The position numbers and the translations under genes are program-made. From Candidatus Woesearchaeota archaeon (GTDB taxonomy: Archaea > Nanobdellota > Nanobdellia > SCGC-AAA011-G17 > JACPNG01), in assembly GCA_016185605.1 (NCBI GenBank), contig JACPNG010000009.1, positions 53,838-117,837 on the forward strand: DNA of 64,000 nt, read 5' to 3'. Of the stretch, positions 54,683 to 64,000 are shown piece after piece (the stretch's first letter is position 1; every line of letters starts with the position of its first letter). Under the pieces are notes generated by a model, which had not been told where the DNA came from, searched no databases, and was given only the letters and a program-made list of their open reading frames with translations.

Positions 54683-56635
54683 ATGAATAAATTAGCTAAA
54701 GAAAAAAGTAGTTATCTAAGAAACGCTTCTAAAGATCCTATTAATTGGTATGCATGGAATGAAGAGGTTTTTAGAGAAGCTAAAAAACAAGATAAGCCTA
54801 TCTTATTAAGTATAGGTGGGGTTTGGTGCCATTGGTGCCATGTAATGAAGCATGAGAGTTTTGAAGACAAAGAAATAGCTGAAATAATAAATAAAGAATT
54901 CATAGCTATAAAAGTTGATAGGGATGAAAAGCCTGATATAGATAAAATGTATCAGACATTTGTAAGTAATTTAACAGGACAAGGAGGATGGCCATTAACT
55001 GTTTTTCTAACTCCAGATAAAAAGCCTTTTTTTGGCGGAACCTATTTTCCTAAAGAGCCAAAATATGGAATGCCTAGTTTTAAATTATTATTAATTCAAA
55101 TATCTGAATCCTATAAAAAAGACAAAGCTAATTTAAATAAAAATGCTGAAAATGTTGTTAAAGCAATAAATGAATCCTTAAAATTTCAGCCTATAAAAGA
55201 AGATTTAAACTTAGAAATAATAGAAAATGCCTTAATTAATATAAAAAACAACTTTGATCCAGTAAATGGTGGATTTGGTTTTAGACCAAAATTCTTTAGC
55301 ATAGAGATTCTAGATTTATTATTTAGTTTATACTATGAATCAAAAGATAAAGAAATATGGAATATTATAGACTTAAGCCTTAGAAAAATGGCTCGGGGAG
55401 GAATTTATGATCAATTACAAGGAGGATTTCATAGATATTCTACAGATGAATCTTGGTTAATATCTCATTTTGAAAAGATGCTTTATGATAATGCTCCTTT
55501 ATTAAGTTTATATATTAAAGCATATCAAATCTCAAAGGATGAATTTTTTAAAAAAATAGCATTAGAATTAATTAATTTTTTAATAAAAGAAATGTATGAT
55601 AAAGGATTTTATACTAGTATAGATGCAGATACGGATAATGAAGAAGGTAAATATTATACTTGGACTAAACAAGAAATTGATAAAATACTAGGAGAAGATT
55701 CCAAAATGTTTTGTTTATATTATGGAATAGAGGATTATGGAAATTTTGAGCATGGAAAAAATGTTCTTTATGTTAAAAACGAAATAGAAGATATAGCTGA
55801 TGTACTAAAAATAGATGTTGATAAAGTAAAAGATGTATTAAAAAAGGCAAAAGAGAAAATACTTGAAGAAAGGCAAAAGAGAAAGAAGCCATTTGTTGAT
55901 AAAAATAAATTCACAAACTGGAATTGCATGGCTGCTTCTTCTTTTATTTTAGCCTATAATGTTTTTCAAGATAAAAGGTATTTAGACATAGCTATTACAA
56001 TAGTAAATGAAGTGTTAAAAAACTATAGAGATAAACTATATCATTATTATGATGTAGAAGGAACTTTAGATGACTATGTTTTTATGATAAGGGCTTTAAT
56101 TGACTTACATCAAACTACTTTTGATAAAAAATATTTAGATAAAGCAATTGAAATTAACAATAAATTAATAGATTTATTTTGGGGGGATGGTTTTTATTAT
56201 ACAGAAAAGGAAAAAGAAGTTTTATTTAATGAAAAGCCTTTTGTTGATTTAAGTGCTCCAGCTGGAAATTCTATAGCTATTGAAAATCTACTAAGACTAT
56301 ATTACTTAACAGAGAATAATAAATATAAGGAAAAAGCTGAAATAACATTAAAAATATTTTATGATAAAATACAAAAAGAACTTATGTATTCAGCTAGTTA
56401 TTTAAATTCCTTAATTTTCTTTATTAAAGGGCCCATTGAAATTGTTGTTTTTGGAGACTTTATTAATGAAATAAATAAAAGATTTATTCCTAGAAAAATA
56501 ATTTATAAAGAAGGAATGAAACTAAGAATATTAAAAGGTAAAAATAAGATTGGAGAAAAAACAATTTATATATGCAATAATAATACTTGTTCTAGTCCAA
56601 TTACAAAAGAAGAAGAGCTAGATAAATATGTCTAG
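54683..56635 (+). CDS. thioredoxin-domain protein of the DUF255/YyaL family (thioredoxin N-terminal domain plus six-hairpin glycosidase-like domain)
   Basis: 650 aa. PILLSIGGVWCHWCHVMKHESF carries the family's CHWCHVM motif. Confidence 0.88.
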   Translation: MNKLAKEKSSYLRNASKDPINWYAWNEEVFREAKKQDKPILLSIGGVWCHWCHVMKHESFEDKEIAEIINKEFIAIKVDRDEKPDIDKMYQTFVSNLTGQGGWPLTVFLTPDKKPFFGGTYFPKEPKYGMPSFKLLLIQISESYKKDKANLNKNAENVVKAINESLKFQPIKEDLNLEIIENALINIKNNFDPVNGGFGFRPKFFSIEILDLLFSLYYESKDKEIWNIIDLSLRKMARGGIYDQLQGGFHRYSTDESWLISHFEKMLYDNAPLLSLYIKAYQISKDEFFKKIALELINFLIKEMYDKGFYTSIDADTDNEEGKYYTWTKQEIDKILGEDSKMFCLYYGIEDYGNFEHGKNVLYVKNEIEDIADVLKIDVDKVKDVLKKAKEKILEERQKRKKPFVDKNKFTNWNCMAASSFILAYNVFQDKRYLDIAITIVNEVLKNYRDKLYHYYDVEGTLDDYVFMIRALIDLHQTTFDKKYLDKAIEINNKLIDLFWGDGFYYTEKEKEVLFNEKPFVDLSAPAGNSIAIENLLRLYYLTENNKYKEKAEITLKIFYDKIQKELMYSASYLNSLIFFIKGPIEIVVFGDFINEINKRFIPRKIIYKEGMKLRILKGKNKIGEKTIYICNNNTCSSPITKEEELDKYV

Positions 56636-57263
56636 AATAATAAAAATAATTTCATTATTAAAGAAAGAATATCCTAATTCTAAAACTTCCCTTAGCTTTA
56701 GAAGTCCTTTAGAATCACTAGTTGCGACTATTCTTAGCACACAATGCACAGATAAAAGGGTTAATATTGTAACCAAAGATTTATTCAATAAATATAGAAC
56801 AGCTGAGGATTATGCCAATTCTAGATTAGAAGAGCTACAAAATGACATTAAATCCATTAATTTTTACAGGAATAAAGCTAAAGCACTAAAGGAAACTGGA
56901 AGAATTCTTACAATGGAGTTTAATGGAAAGGTTCCAAATAAGATGGATGATCTGCTAAAACTAAGAGGGGTATCAAGAAAAACAGCCAATGCTGTTCTGG
57001 GAAATGTTTTTGGAATATATGAAGGATATGTTGTTGATACCCATAACATAAGATTATCTAATAGATTGGGATTGACAAAAAATAAGGATCCTAAAAAAAT
57101 AGAACAAGATTTAATGAAAATAGTTCCAAAAAATGAATGGTTAAATCTAAGCCATTTGTTTATTGACCACGGAAGAAAGGTTTGCAAAGCCCCTACACCA
57201 ATTTGCAGCCAGTGTGTTCTTAACAGATTGTGCCCTAAAATAGGAGTAACGAAGAAGAAATAA
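56628..57263 (+). CDS. nth: endonuclease III (HhH-GPD DNA glycosylase with a 4Fe-4S cluster)
   Basis: 211 aa. HhH LKLRGVSRKTANAVL. Catalytic D in VVDTH. C-terminal CX6CX2CX5C (CKAPTPICSQCVLNRLC). Confidence 0.9.
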   Translation: MSRIIKIISLLKKEYPNSKTSLSFRSPLESLVATILSTQCTDKRVNIVTKDLFNKYRTAEDYANSRLEELQNDIKSINFYRNKAKALKETGRILTMEFNGKVPNKMDDLLKLRGVSRKTANAVLGNVFGIYEGYVVDTHNIRLSNRLGLTKNKDPKKIEQDLMKIVPKNEWLNLSHLFIDHGRKVCKAPTPICSQCVLNRLCPKIGVTKKK

Positions 57264-57309
57264 TTACAATTACAAAATATCATTAAATAGCAATATTTAA
57301 ATATATGTA

Positions 57310-58179
57310 ATGGTAATAATATTTATGAGAATAATCAAAAGAAAGAAAGGGAAAAAAGAATATTTCTATCTGCAACATTCTTTTAGAAAGAATAAAGAGG
57401 TTATAACAAGAGAAATCTACCTTGGAAAAGCCATTCCAAAAGATATTGAAGGATTAAAAGAAAAGCTAGCAGAGGAAGAGAAAAACTCCATTTATGAAAA
57501 ACTTGAAAAAATAAAAAAAGATTTTCAAAGAGAATGGTCAAGATATCCGGAAAGCATAAAAGAAAAGGAAAAAGAAGAAATAGCAATTGCATTTACATAT
57601 AATACAAATGCCATAGAGGGCTCTAAAATAACATTGGAAGAAACTAGGGGCATAATAAAAGATAATATATCTCCATCTAAATCATTGAGGGATGTAAAAG
57701 AAACAGAAGCGCATTATAATTTATTTTTAAAGATGTTAAGCAAGAAGAATAAAATAACCAATAAACTAATTTTAGAATGGCATAAAGAATTATTCAAAGA
57801 AACCAAAGAAGAAATAGCCGGAAAATACAGGGATTATCTAGTAAGGGTTGGGGATTATACAGCCCCTAATTGGCAGGATGTAAGAAAGCTTATGAGAAAG
57901 TTTGTTAATTTAGTCAATAACTCTAAAATTAACCCTGTTGAATTGGCAGGAAGGGCTCACTATATATTTGAGTCTATACATCCGTTTGGTGATGGAAATG
58001 GTAGAATTGGAAGATTAGTCATGAATCATATTTTGTGGCATAGTGGATATCCTATGTTGATTATAGAACGTAGAAAAAGAAGCCCTTACTATAAGGCATT
58101 TAAAAGAGGAGAAGAAGGATTTGTTAATTATTTTATAAGAAGATATTTGTCTGCCCATAAGAATAGATTAAAAAATTAA
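57310..58179 (+). CDS. fic: Fic-family protein (class II, with an intramolecular inhibitory helix)
   Basis: 289 aa. Fic motif HPFGDGNGRIGR. An upstream TNAIEG fits the [ST]xxxE[GN] inhibitory motif. Confidence 0.85.
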   Translation: MVIIFMRIIKRKKGKKEYFYLQHSFRKNKEVITREIYLGKAIPKDIEGLKEKLAEEEKNSIYEKLEKIKKDFQREWSRYPESIKEKEKEEIAIAFTYNTNAIEGSKITLEETRGIIKDNISPSKSLRDVKETEAHYNLFLKMLSKKNKITNKLILEWHKELFKETKEEIAGKYRDYLVRVGDYTAPNWQDVRKLMRKFVNLVNNSKINPVELAGRAHYIFESIHPFGDGNGRIGRLVMNHILWHSGYPMLIIERRKRSPYYKAFKRGEEGFVNYFIRRYLSAHKNRLKN

Positions 58180-58943
58180 GCTTCTGCTTCAGAAGCTGAT
58201 TCACTGCTGCCCCACTTTTCATAGCCATGCTCTTCCAGTTCATGCACTAATTCTTTCCCTCCAGACTGGACAATTTTTCCGTCTACTAATACATAAACTC
58301 TGTCCGGAATAACATAATCTAATATCCTCTGATAGTGAGTTATTATTAGAATAGACATATCTTTTGTTTTTATTGCATTAACTCCATTAGCAACAACCTT
58401 TAAAGAATCTATATCTAACCCGCTGTCTGTTTCATCTAAAATAGCCATCTTAGGTTCTAAAACGGCAAATTGTAAAATCTCTGCTCTTTTCTTTTCTCCT
58501 CCTGAGAATCCCTCATTAAGATAACGATTCATAAATGATTTATCCATTTTTAACAGTTCTAATTTTTCAATCAATAATTTTCTAAAGTCCATAACGCTAA
58601 TTGGAGCTTCTCTTTTTGAATTTAGAGCAGTCCTCAAAAAATTAGAAACAGAAACCCCTGGAATCTCCTGAGGATACTGAAATGATAGGAATAATCCTTT
58701 TTTAGCTCTCTCATTAGGCTCCATCTCTGTAATATCTTCCCCATTATAAATTATTTTTCCTTTTGTTATTTCATACTTTGGATGCCCCATTAACACATAA
58801 GATAATGTTGATTTTCCAGAGCCATTCGGACCCATGAAAGCGACTATCTCCCCATCTTTAACTTCTAGATTAACTCCTTTAAGTATTTCTTTCCCCTCTA
58901 CATTAACGTGTAAATCCTTAACTTCTAGCATTTTGACCCCCAT
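58176..58943 (-). CDS. sufC: Fe-S cluster assembly ATPase SufC
   Basis: 255 aa. Walker A GPNGSGKST. Nearly collinear with E. coli SufC (MLEVKDLHV...FSGGEKKR...THYQRILDY). Confidence 0.9.
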   Translation of the reverse strand: MGVKMLEVKDLHVNVEGKEILKGVNLEVKDGEIVAFMGPNGSGKSTLSYVLMGHPKYEITKGKIIYNGEDITEMEPNERAKKGLFLSFQYPQEIPGVSVSNFLRTALNSKREAPISVMDFRKLLIEKLELLKMDKSFMNRYLNEGFSGGEKKRAEILQFAVLEPKMAILDETDSGLDIDSLKVVANGVNAIKTKDMSILIITHYQRILDYVIPDRVYVLVDGKIVQSGGKELVHELEEHGYEKWGSSESASEAEA

Positions 58944-59319
58944 TAAAAGAATTTATCCCATTTCTTAATGAAACTAACGGACAAGTAATACATTTCATCC
59001 TTGCCGGTCCAACTTCAATTCCAACTAATTTCATCATATCTTCCCTTGTCAAATTATTTAATTCATCCAAGGACTTATTTTTTATATTATCTGTCAGCAA
59101 AGAGGCTGAAGCAACACATATAGCGCATCCTTTGCCTATGAATTTTACATCCTCTATCTTATTGCTATTAACCTTGGCTTGAATTTCTACCTCATCCCCG
59201 CAGCTTGGATTAAAGCATCTTTCTTTGAAATCAGCATTCTCCAAGATGCCAAAATTTAACGGATTTTTATACAAATCCAATATGTGCTCCATATACATCC
59301 CTTCATTTAAACTATTCAT
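58918..59319 (-). CDS. sufU: SUF-system Fe-S scaffold/sulfur acceptor SufU (IscU/NifU-like)
   Basis: 133 aa with three conserved Cys: NPSCGD, GKGCAIC, MKCITC. Confidence 0.8.
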   Translation of the reverse strand: MNSLNEGMYMEHILDLYKNPLNFGILENADFKERCFNPSCGDEVEIQAKVNSNKIEDVKFIGKGCAICVASASLLTDNIKNKSLDELNNLTREDMMKLVGIEVGPARMKCITCPLVSLRNGINSFNGGQNARS

Positions 59320-60542
59320 TTGAATACTCCCTTGACTTTTTCCAATGTTTCAGCTAAATAATCAATCTCTTCCTTTGTATTGTAAAAATAAAAGCTTGCC
59401 CTTGTTGATCCAGTCAATCCCATTAATTTCATGGTCGGCATTACACAATGATGGCCCCCTCTAACAGCAATCCCATAATCATCCAATAACGAAGTAGTGT
59501 CATGAGGATGAATATTAATTAAATTAAACGAGATTAAAGAACCTCTTTTTTCAGGATTTAATGGGCCGTAAATCTCAAGATTTTTTATTTCTGATAATCT
59601 CTTTAATGCATATCCTGTTAATTCATTGGAATAATTTTTTATGTTTTCCATTCCTATTTTATTTAAGTAATCAATACTAGCTCCAAAACCAATTGCACCA
59701 GCAACATTGGGGGTTCCAGCCTCGAACTTCCATGGCAATTCATTGAATTTAGTATCATCAAATCTTACTTCCAAGATCATATCTCCCCCATAGTTAAACG
59801 GCTCCATCTCTTCTAATAATTCCTTTTTTCCATACAACGCTCCAATCCCCATTGGACCCAGCATCTTATGGGATGAAAATGCCAAAAAATCACAATCAAT
59901 ATTCTTGACATCTATTGGCATATGGGGAACAGACTGCGCTCCATCCAGAACAAATAACGAATTATTTTCATGCGCTATTTTTCCAATTTCTTTAACTGGG
60001 TTTATTGTTCCCAGAAAATTTGAGGTGTGAACGCAAGAAACTATTTTTGTTTTTTTACTTAGTTTAATATCATCTAAATCTAAAGTTCCGTCATTTTTTA
60101 TTTTTATATAATTAAGCTTAAATCCAAAGCTCTTTGCTATTTGCTGCCATGGAACCAAATTAGAATGATGCTCCATCTGGGTTATTAAGATTTCATCTCC
60201 TTTTTTCAGCTTAGATGATAGTGAATATGCCAATAAGTTTATTGATTCTGTTGTTCCTTTTGTGAATATTAACTCCTGAAAATCAGCATTGATGAAATCA
60301 GCAACCTTCTCATGGGATTCCTCAAATTTTACTGTTGCCTCTTCGCTTAGCTTATGCAATCCCCTATGGACATTTGAATTATAATTTGTGTAATAATCTG
60401 TTATTGCATCTATTACTTGCATAGGCTTCTGGGTTGTTGCGGAATTATCCAGGTAAACTAATTGCTTATTATTTATCTTTCTGGACAAAATCGGAAAATC
60501 TTCTCTTAATCTCTCAATTTTATTTTTTGTTATATTTATCAT
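59316..60542 (-). CDS. sufS: cysteine desulfurase SufS (class II)
   Basis: 408 aa. PLP-Lys SSHKMLGP. Active-site RGGHHCVMP. Confidence 0.9.
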   Translation of the reverse strand: MINITKNKIERLREDFPILSRKINNKQLVYLDNSATTQKPMQVIDAITDYYTNYNSNVHRGLHKLSEEATVKFEESHEKVADFINADFQELIFTKGTTESINLLAYSLSSKLKKGDEILITQMEHHSNLVPWQQIAKSFGFKLNYIKIKNDGTLDLDDIKLSKKTKIVSCVHTSNFLGTINPVKEIGKIAHENNSLFVLDGAQSVPHMPIDVKNIDCDFLAFSSHKMLGPMGIGALYGKKELLEEMEPFNYGGDMILEVRFDDTKFNELPWKFEAGTPNVAGAIGFGASIDYLNKIGMENIKNYSNELTGYALKRLSEIKNLEIYGPLNPEKRGSLISFNLINIHPHDTTSLLDDYGIAVRGGHHCVMPTMKLMGLTGSTRASFYFYNTKEEIDYLAETLEKVKGVFK

Positions 60543-61729
60543 ATTGGCTTTGCTCCTATTAAATTCCTTAATTCATTTCTTATATTTTCATTTCCTATTT
60601 TGCAGATAAAAGAGTCAAAAAATCCATCTACAATTAATCTTTTGGCATCTTTCTCTTCCAAGCCACGAGACTTTAAATAAAATAATTTCTCATTATCTAT
60701 CTGAGAAACTGTTGCTCCATGGGTGCATCTTACATTGTGATTGTTAATTTCTAAATTCGGAATAGGATCAACTTCAGCTTCTTTGCTCAATAATAATGTG
60801 TCTTCCTTTTGATATCCGTTTGAGCCATTGGCATTTGACTCTATTCTTACCAAGCCGCGGCATATTGCCTTTGATTTATTGTTTAACGCTCCCTTTGTCA
60901 GCATATCACTTGTTGTGTTGGGAGCATTATGGATTGTATTAAAACAAAGGTCGAAATTCTGCTTATTGGCTCCGAAAAATAAGCTATAGTTATTTGACAC
61001 AGATCCTTGGCCGTTTAATAAGCTTGTGACATCTGACAATGTAAATGAGCTTCCAAGATAACAGTCTATCCAGTCAAAATTGCAGTCTCTTGACACATTT
61101 GATTTTCTTGTAACTAGATTAACTGTTTCTTCGCTCAGATTTTGTATTGTTGAAAAATTAACCTTGGAATTGTCATCGACAAATATCTCTATTATTTCAG
61201 AGTAGAATAATTTTCCCTTATTATTCTTAGTCTGGATTATATTGGCTTTGACATTCTTTTCAGCTACAATTAAAACAGTGTCAAATTGCGTGTTTGTTTC
61301 CAGATTAAGATTTAAATGAACAGAATCATTAATTTCAATGTTTTTCGGAATATAAACAAAAATTCCCCTTCCGAAAATAGCCTTGTGCAATAATGTGAAT
61401 TTATTATTTTTTATTGAGGTCATGAAATATTTTTTTATTAAACTGCTATAATTATTATTTTGCAACGCCTCCTGAAAGGGCAATACAATTATATTGTCAT
61501 TTTCCAGTTTAACTGAATTTGTTACTTGATTTAGGGCATTAACATCATTGAAATTTATCCTGCTTGTGTCTGTAACAACAGACATGCTGTATTTTAATTC
61601 AGGCATTTTTGTTTTGTTAAACTCATCTAATGCTTTTAATCTAATGTCAAGAAGCCATCTAGGTTCATTCAAGTTTCTAGATAAATCTCTTACAATCTCT
61701 TCCTTGATTATTTGCGTCATAAATCTCAC
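60539..61729 (-). CDS. sufD: Fe-S cluster assembly protein SufD
   Basis: 396 aa, SufBD-family beta-helix. Lies between sufB and sufS. Confidence 0.82.
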   Translation of the reverse strand: MRFMTQIIKEEIVRDLSRNLNEPRWLLDIRLKALDEFNKTKMPELKYSMSVVTDTSRINFNDVNALNQVTNSVKLENDNIIVLPFQEALQNNNYSSLIKKYFMTSIKNNKFTLLHKAIFGRGIFVYIPKNIEINDSVHLNLNLETNTQFDTVLIVAEKNVKANIIQTKNNKGKLFYSEIIEIFVDDNSKVNFSTIQNLSEETVNLVTRKSNVSRDCNFDWIDCYLGSSFTLSDVTSLLNGQGSVSNNYSLFFGANKQNFDLCFNTIHNAPNTTSDMLTKGALNNKSKAICRGLVRIESNANGSNGYQKEDTLLLSKEAEVDPIPNLEINNHNVRCTHGATVSQIDNEKLFYLKSRGLEEKDAKRLIVDGFFDSFICKIGNENIRNELRNLIGAKPI

Positions 61730-61754
61730 TAATCCTTACCACCATCTTTATAAT

Positions 61755-63173
61755 TTAACCCAAAGAACCTTCCAATTCCAATTCAATTAATCTGTTAAAC
61801 TCAATAGCATATTCTAATGGCAGTTGTTTTGATACTGGTTCCATAAATCCCCTAACAATCATCTTTGTTGCTTCCTCTTCAGATAATCCTCTACTCATTA
61901 GATAGAATATCTGATCCTGGCCTATTTTTCCAACTGTAGCTTCATGAGCAATGTCAACATTCTCATTTTCTTTTACTTCCATTGTCGGAAATGTATTTGA
62001 TTTTGATTTATTGTCCATCATTAATGCATCACATTGGACTTTTGATTTTACATTCTTTGCTCCCTTTACAACTTTCAATAATCCTCTATAAGATGTTACT
62101 CCGCCATCTTTGGATATTGATTTTGAAACTACTGTAGAGCTTGTATTAGATGCTAAATGAATGACTTTCATTCCAGTATCTTGGTTTTGGCCTTCTCCTG
62201 CATAAGCTATTCCAATGGCTTCGCATCTTGCTCCTTGTTCCATTAAAACACTGCTCGGATAGAGCATTGTTACATGAGACCCAGTATTTCCGTTTATCCA
62301 TTCTATTGTTCCATTTCCATAAACAATAGCTCTTTTTGTATTTAAGTTAAAAGTCTGTTTGCTCCATGATTCCATTGAGGTGTATCTTGCTCTGGCATTT
62401 TTTTTAACATATATTTCAACGCAACCAGCATGTAAATTAAACGCATCTCTATATAATGGATTGCTGCAACCTTCGATATATTGAACTTCAGCTCCCTCAT
62501 CAACAATGATTAATGTATGTTCAAACTGGCCCCCTTTCTTAGCATTCATCCTAAAGTAAGCTTGTAATGGAACATTAACTTTTACATTCTTTGGAACATA
62601 AATGAATGTTCCTCCAGACCATACAGCAGCATGAAGCATAGCAAATTTATGATCATTTATCGGAACACACCTTGTCATAAAATATTCTTTTACTAAATCT
62701 GGATATTTCTTTAGAGCTTCATCCATGTCCTCAAATATAACTCCTTTCTTAGCCCACTCCTCTTTTAAGTTATGATAAGCTGTTATGCTTTCATATTGAG
62801 AACCAGCTCCTGCTAAAGAATTCTTTTCAGCCTCTGGAATTCCCAATCTTTCAAATGTTCTTCTTATATCTTCAGGAACATCCTCCCATTTGGTAGCATG
62901 GGATTTTTCATCTGGATTAATATAATAAGTTATCTCATCTAAATTTAAAGAGGATAAATCGGGACCCCAGCCTGGCATTTTTGTTTCTGAAAAGAATTTT
63001 AATCCTTGTAACCTTTTTTTTAGCATCCACTCCGGCTCATTCTTTGAAGATGAGATTTTTTTTACAACTTCTTCGTTAATTCCCGGCAGAGTTTTATCTA
63101 CAAACCTTTCTTCATTAGCATGATCAAATATTTCTCTTGTAATCTCAATTGCTTCTGCCATTTCCACCACCAC
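61755..63173 (-). CDS. sufB: Fe-S cluster assembly protein SufB
   Basis: 472 aa. Conserved SufB core. Confidence 0.92.
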   Translation of the reverse strand: MVVEMAEAIEITREIFDHANEERFVDKTLPGINEEVVKKISSSKNEPEWMLKKRLQGLKFFSETKMPGWGPDLSSLNLDEITYYINPDEKSHATKWEDVPEDIRRTFERLGIPEAEKNSLAGAGSQYESITAYHNLKEEWAKKGVIFEDMDEALKKYPDLVKEYFMTRCVPINDHKFAMLHAAVWSGGTFIYVPKNVKVNVPLQAYFRMNAKKGGQFEHTLIIVDEGAEVQYIEGCSNPLYRDAFNLHAGCVEIYVKKNARARYTSMESWSKQTFNLNTKRAIVYGNGTIEWINGNTGSHVTMLYPSSVLMEQGARCEAIGIAYAGEGQNQDTGMKVIHLASNTSSTVVSKSISKDGGVTSYRGLLKVVKGAKNVKSKVQCDALMMDNKSKSNTFPTMEVKENENVDIAHEATVGKIGQDQIFYLMSRGLSEEEATKMIVRGFMEPVSKQLPLEYAIEFNRLIELELEGSLG

Positions 63174-63185
63174 CTCACAAAAAAA

Positions 63186-63746
63186 TTAACTAAATGAACT
63201 TCCACACCCGCATGTTGATTTTGCATTAGGATTAGTTATCTTAAATCCAGATTCATGCAATCCATCCAGGTAATCTATATTTAATCCACTTAACATCTCC
63301 AAATGTTCATTGTCAACAAACACCTTTAATCCGTCATATTCTATTACCTTGTCATTTTCCCTTTGCTCGTCAAAAGTTAGGTCATATGAAAATCCAGAGC
63401 AGCCTCCAGAAACTATTCCTACTCTTAATCCTTGTTCCTTTGTCCCTTCTTGTGATATTAATTCCTTTACTTTCTTAACAGCTTTTTCAGTCAATTTTAT
63501 GTCTTCTACTTCATTAATAGATTCATTTAAAGCAGCTTCATTTACCCTTTCAAGCATCTCCTCAAATACCTCTTTAGGCATTCCATGTCCCATAGAACCT
63601 TGCTCTATTGTTTCCATTGTGTTTACATGACAGCCAACGCAATGCAGTCCATACTCTGTCAATGTTCCTATGACTTGAGGATATTTTTCTACAATTTCTC
63701 CTACAGTCATATCCTTTGTAATAACATATTGTTTTGTTTCTTGCAT
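63186..63746 (-). CDS. DUF1858-IscA/SufA fusion protein (A-type Fe-S carrier)
   Basis: 186 aa. N-terminal DUF1858-like region (HCVGCH). C-terminal HesB/IscA signature GCSGFSY...CGCGSSFS. Confidence 0.75.
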   Translation of the reverse strand: MQETKQYVITKDMTVGEIVEKYPQVIGTLTEYGLHCVGCHVNTMETIEQGSMGHGMPKEVFEEMLERVNEAALNESINEVEDIKLTEKAVKKVKELISQEGTKEQGLRVGIVSGGCSGFSYDLTFDEQRENDKVIEYDGLKVFVDNEHLEMLSGLNIDYLDGLHESGFKITNPNAKSTCGCGSSFS

Positions 63747-63755
63747 TTTTACCCC

Positions 63756-64000
63756 CTAACTCATTAATTTTGGATCGCAAGCCTCGCATAAATCGCAATT
63801 TTCAGGAAGCTTGACGAATTTCCTATGAATATCGCATATTAACTGCTCCTTTCTTATTAATAGTATAATATTCTGGACTTCTCTTATTAAATCATTTTGG
63901 TTCTTTATTTTTTTGGAAGATTCTTTTACTGCTGATTCGATTTTTTTATTGAATTCTATTGTATTAGCCCTTTTATTATTAATATACTGGGAGACTGTTG
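63756..64000 (-). CDS. partial CDS (C-terminus only, N-terminus lost at the window edge): protein ending in a C-x3-H...C-x2-C-x2-C zinc-ribbon-like motif; possible regulator upstream of the suf operon
   Basis: Manual minus-strand translation gives ...NQNDLIREVQNIILLIRKEQLICDIHRKFVKLPENCDLCEACDPKLMS*. The track's 63574-63798 minus-strand ORF is in a different frame and is likely spurious. Confidence 0.4.
   Translation of the reverse strand, partial: TVSQYINNKRANTIEFNKKIESAVKESSKKIKNQNDLIREVQNIILLIRKEQLICDIHRKFVKLPENCDLCEACDPKLMS

Noticed and set aside
1-64000. Antisense or overlapping small ORFs in the six-frame track (e.g. 1093-1296, 1441-1746, 2573-2851, 3352-4035, 8208-8806, 10518-11087, 17573-17839, 19059-19379, 23852-24145, 24285-24623, 45324-45893, 47927-49966, 52282-53217, 56864-57283, 63310-63798)
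   Set aside because: - All lie inside longer, motif-supported genes on the opposite strand or in an alternate frame.
- Their compositions are low-complexity mirror images typical of AT-rich DNA.
- None carries a recognisable motif.
1-64000. Search for rRNA, tRNA, CRISPR arrays and transposase or integrase genes
   Set aside because: - No GC-rich cloverleaf-like segment of about 75 nt in any intergenic region.
- No regularly spaced direct repeats of 25-40 nt.
- No DDE/HUH transposase or tyrosine-recombinase motifs in any frame.
- Intergenic regions are short and AT-rich, with promoter-like TATA boxes only.

Overview
Very AT-rich, gene-dense archaeal chromosome segment. Archaeal hallmarks: FtsZ, the GatD subunit of Glu-tRNA(Gln) amidotransferase, a TrmB regulator, ATP-dependent DNA ligase, leaderless TATA-type promoters. 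The lineage cannot be assigned from sequence alone; it could be a DPANN-like archaeon or a low-GC methanogen. Housekeeping genes flank the window: lig, ftsZ and gatD at the 5' end; a thioredoxin-fold YyaL protein, nth, fic and a complete suf Fe-S operon at the 3' end.

The centre (about 8.9-44.6 kb) is a roughly 35 kb surface-glycan biosynthesis island, and it is the most interesting part of the window. It contains:
- six GT2/GT4 glycosyltransferases plus a fused GT4-GT9 (heptosyltransferase) protein;
- several polytopic GT-C-like membrane proteins;
- a Wzm/Wzt-type ABC exporter;
- five radical SAM enzymes, three of them of the B12-binding class;
- a DegT aminotransferase, an FdtA-like sugar 3,4-ketoisomerase and an RmlD-like reductase;
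- a NodU/CmcH carbamoyltransferase with small membrane partners;
- an SGNH hydrolase and a sulfatase-superfamily transferase whose predicted nucleophile is Thr;
- three paralogous HldE-domain-II/RibL-like nucleotidyltransferases, two of them broken or altered at A6 homopolymers.

Downstream, at 46-54 kb, lie an AbiEi/AbiEii-like pair and an unusual locus:
- a small protein with two tandem sigma-70 region-4-like HTH domains overlaps the start of a 994-aa surface adhesin;
- that adhesin is a type-II membrane protein with cadherin-like repeats and extreme N-x-S/T sequon density;
- its C-terminal domain recurs as a standalone paralog, followed by further surface proteins (one with thrombospondin type-3 Ca-binding repeats) and a wHTH regulator with an upstream direct-repeat operator.

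No rRNA, tRNA, CRISPR or transposase/integrase genes were seen. Three single-base homopolymer frameshifts suggest either real pseudogenes or assembly errors.
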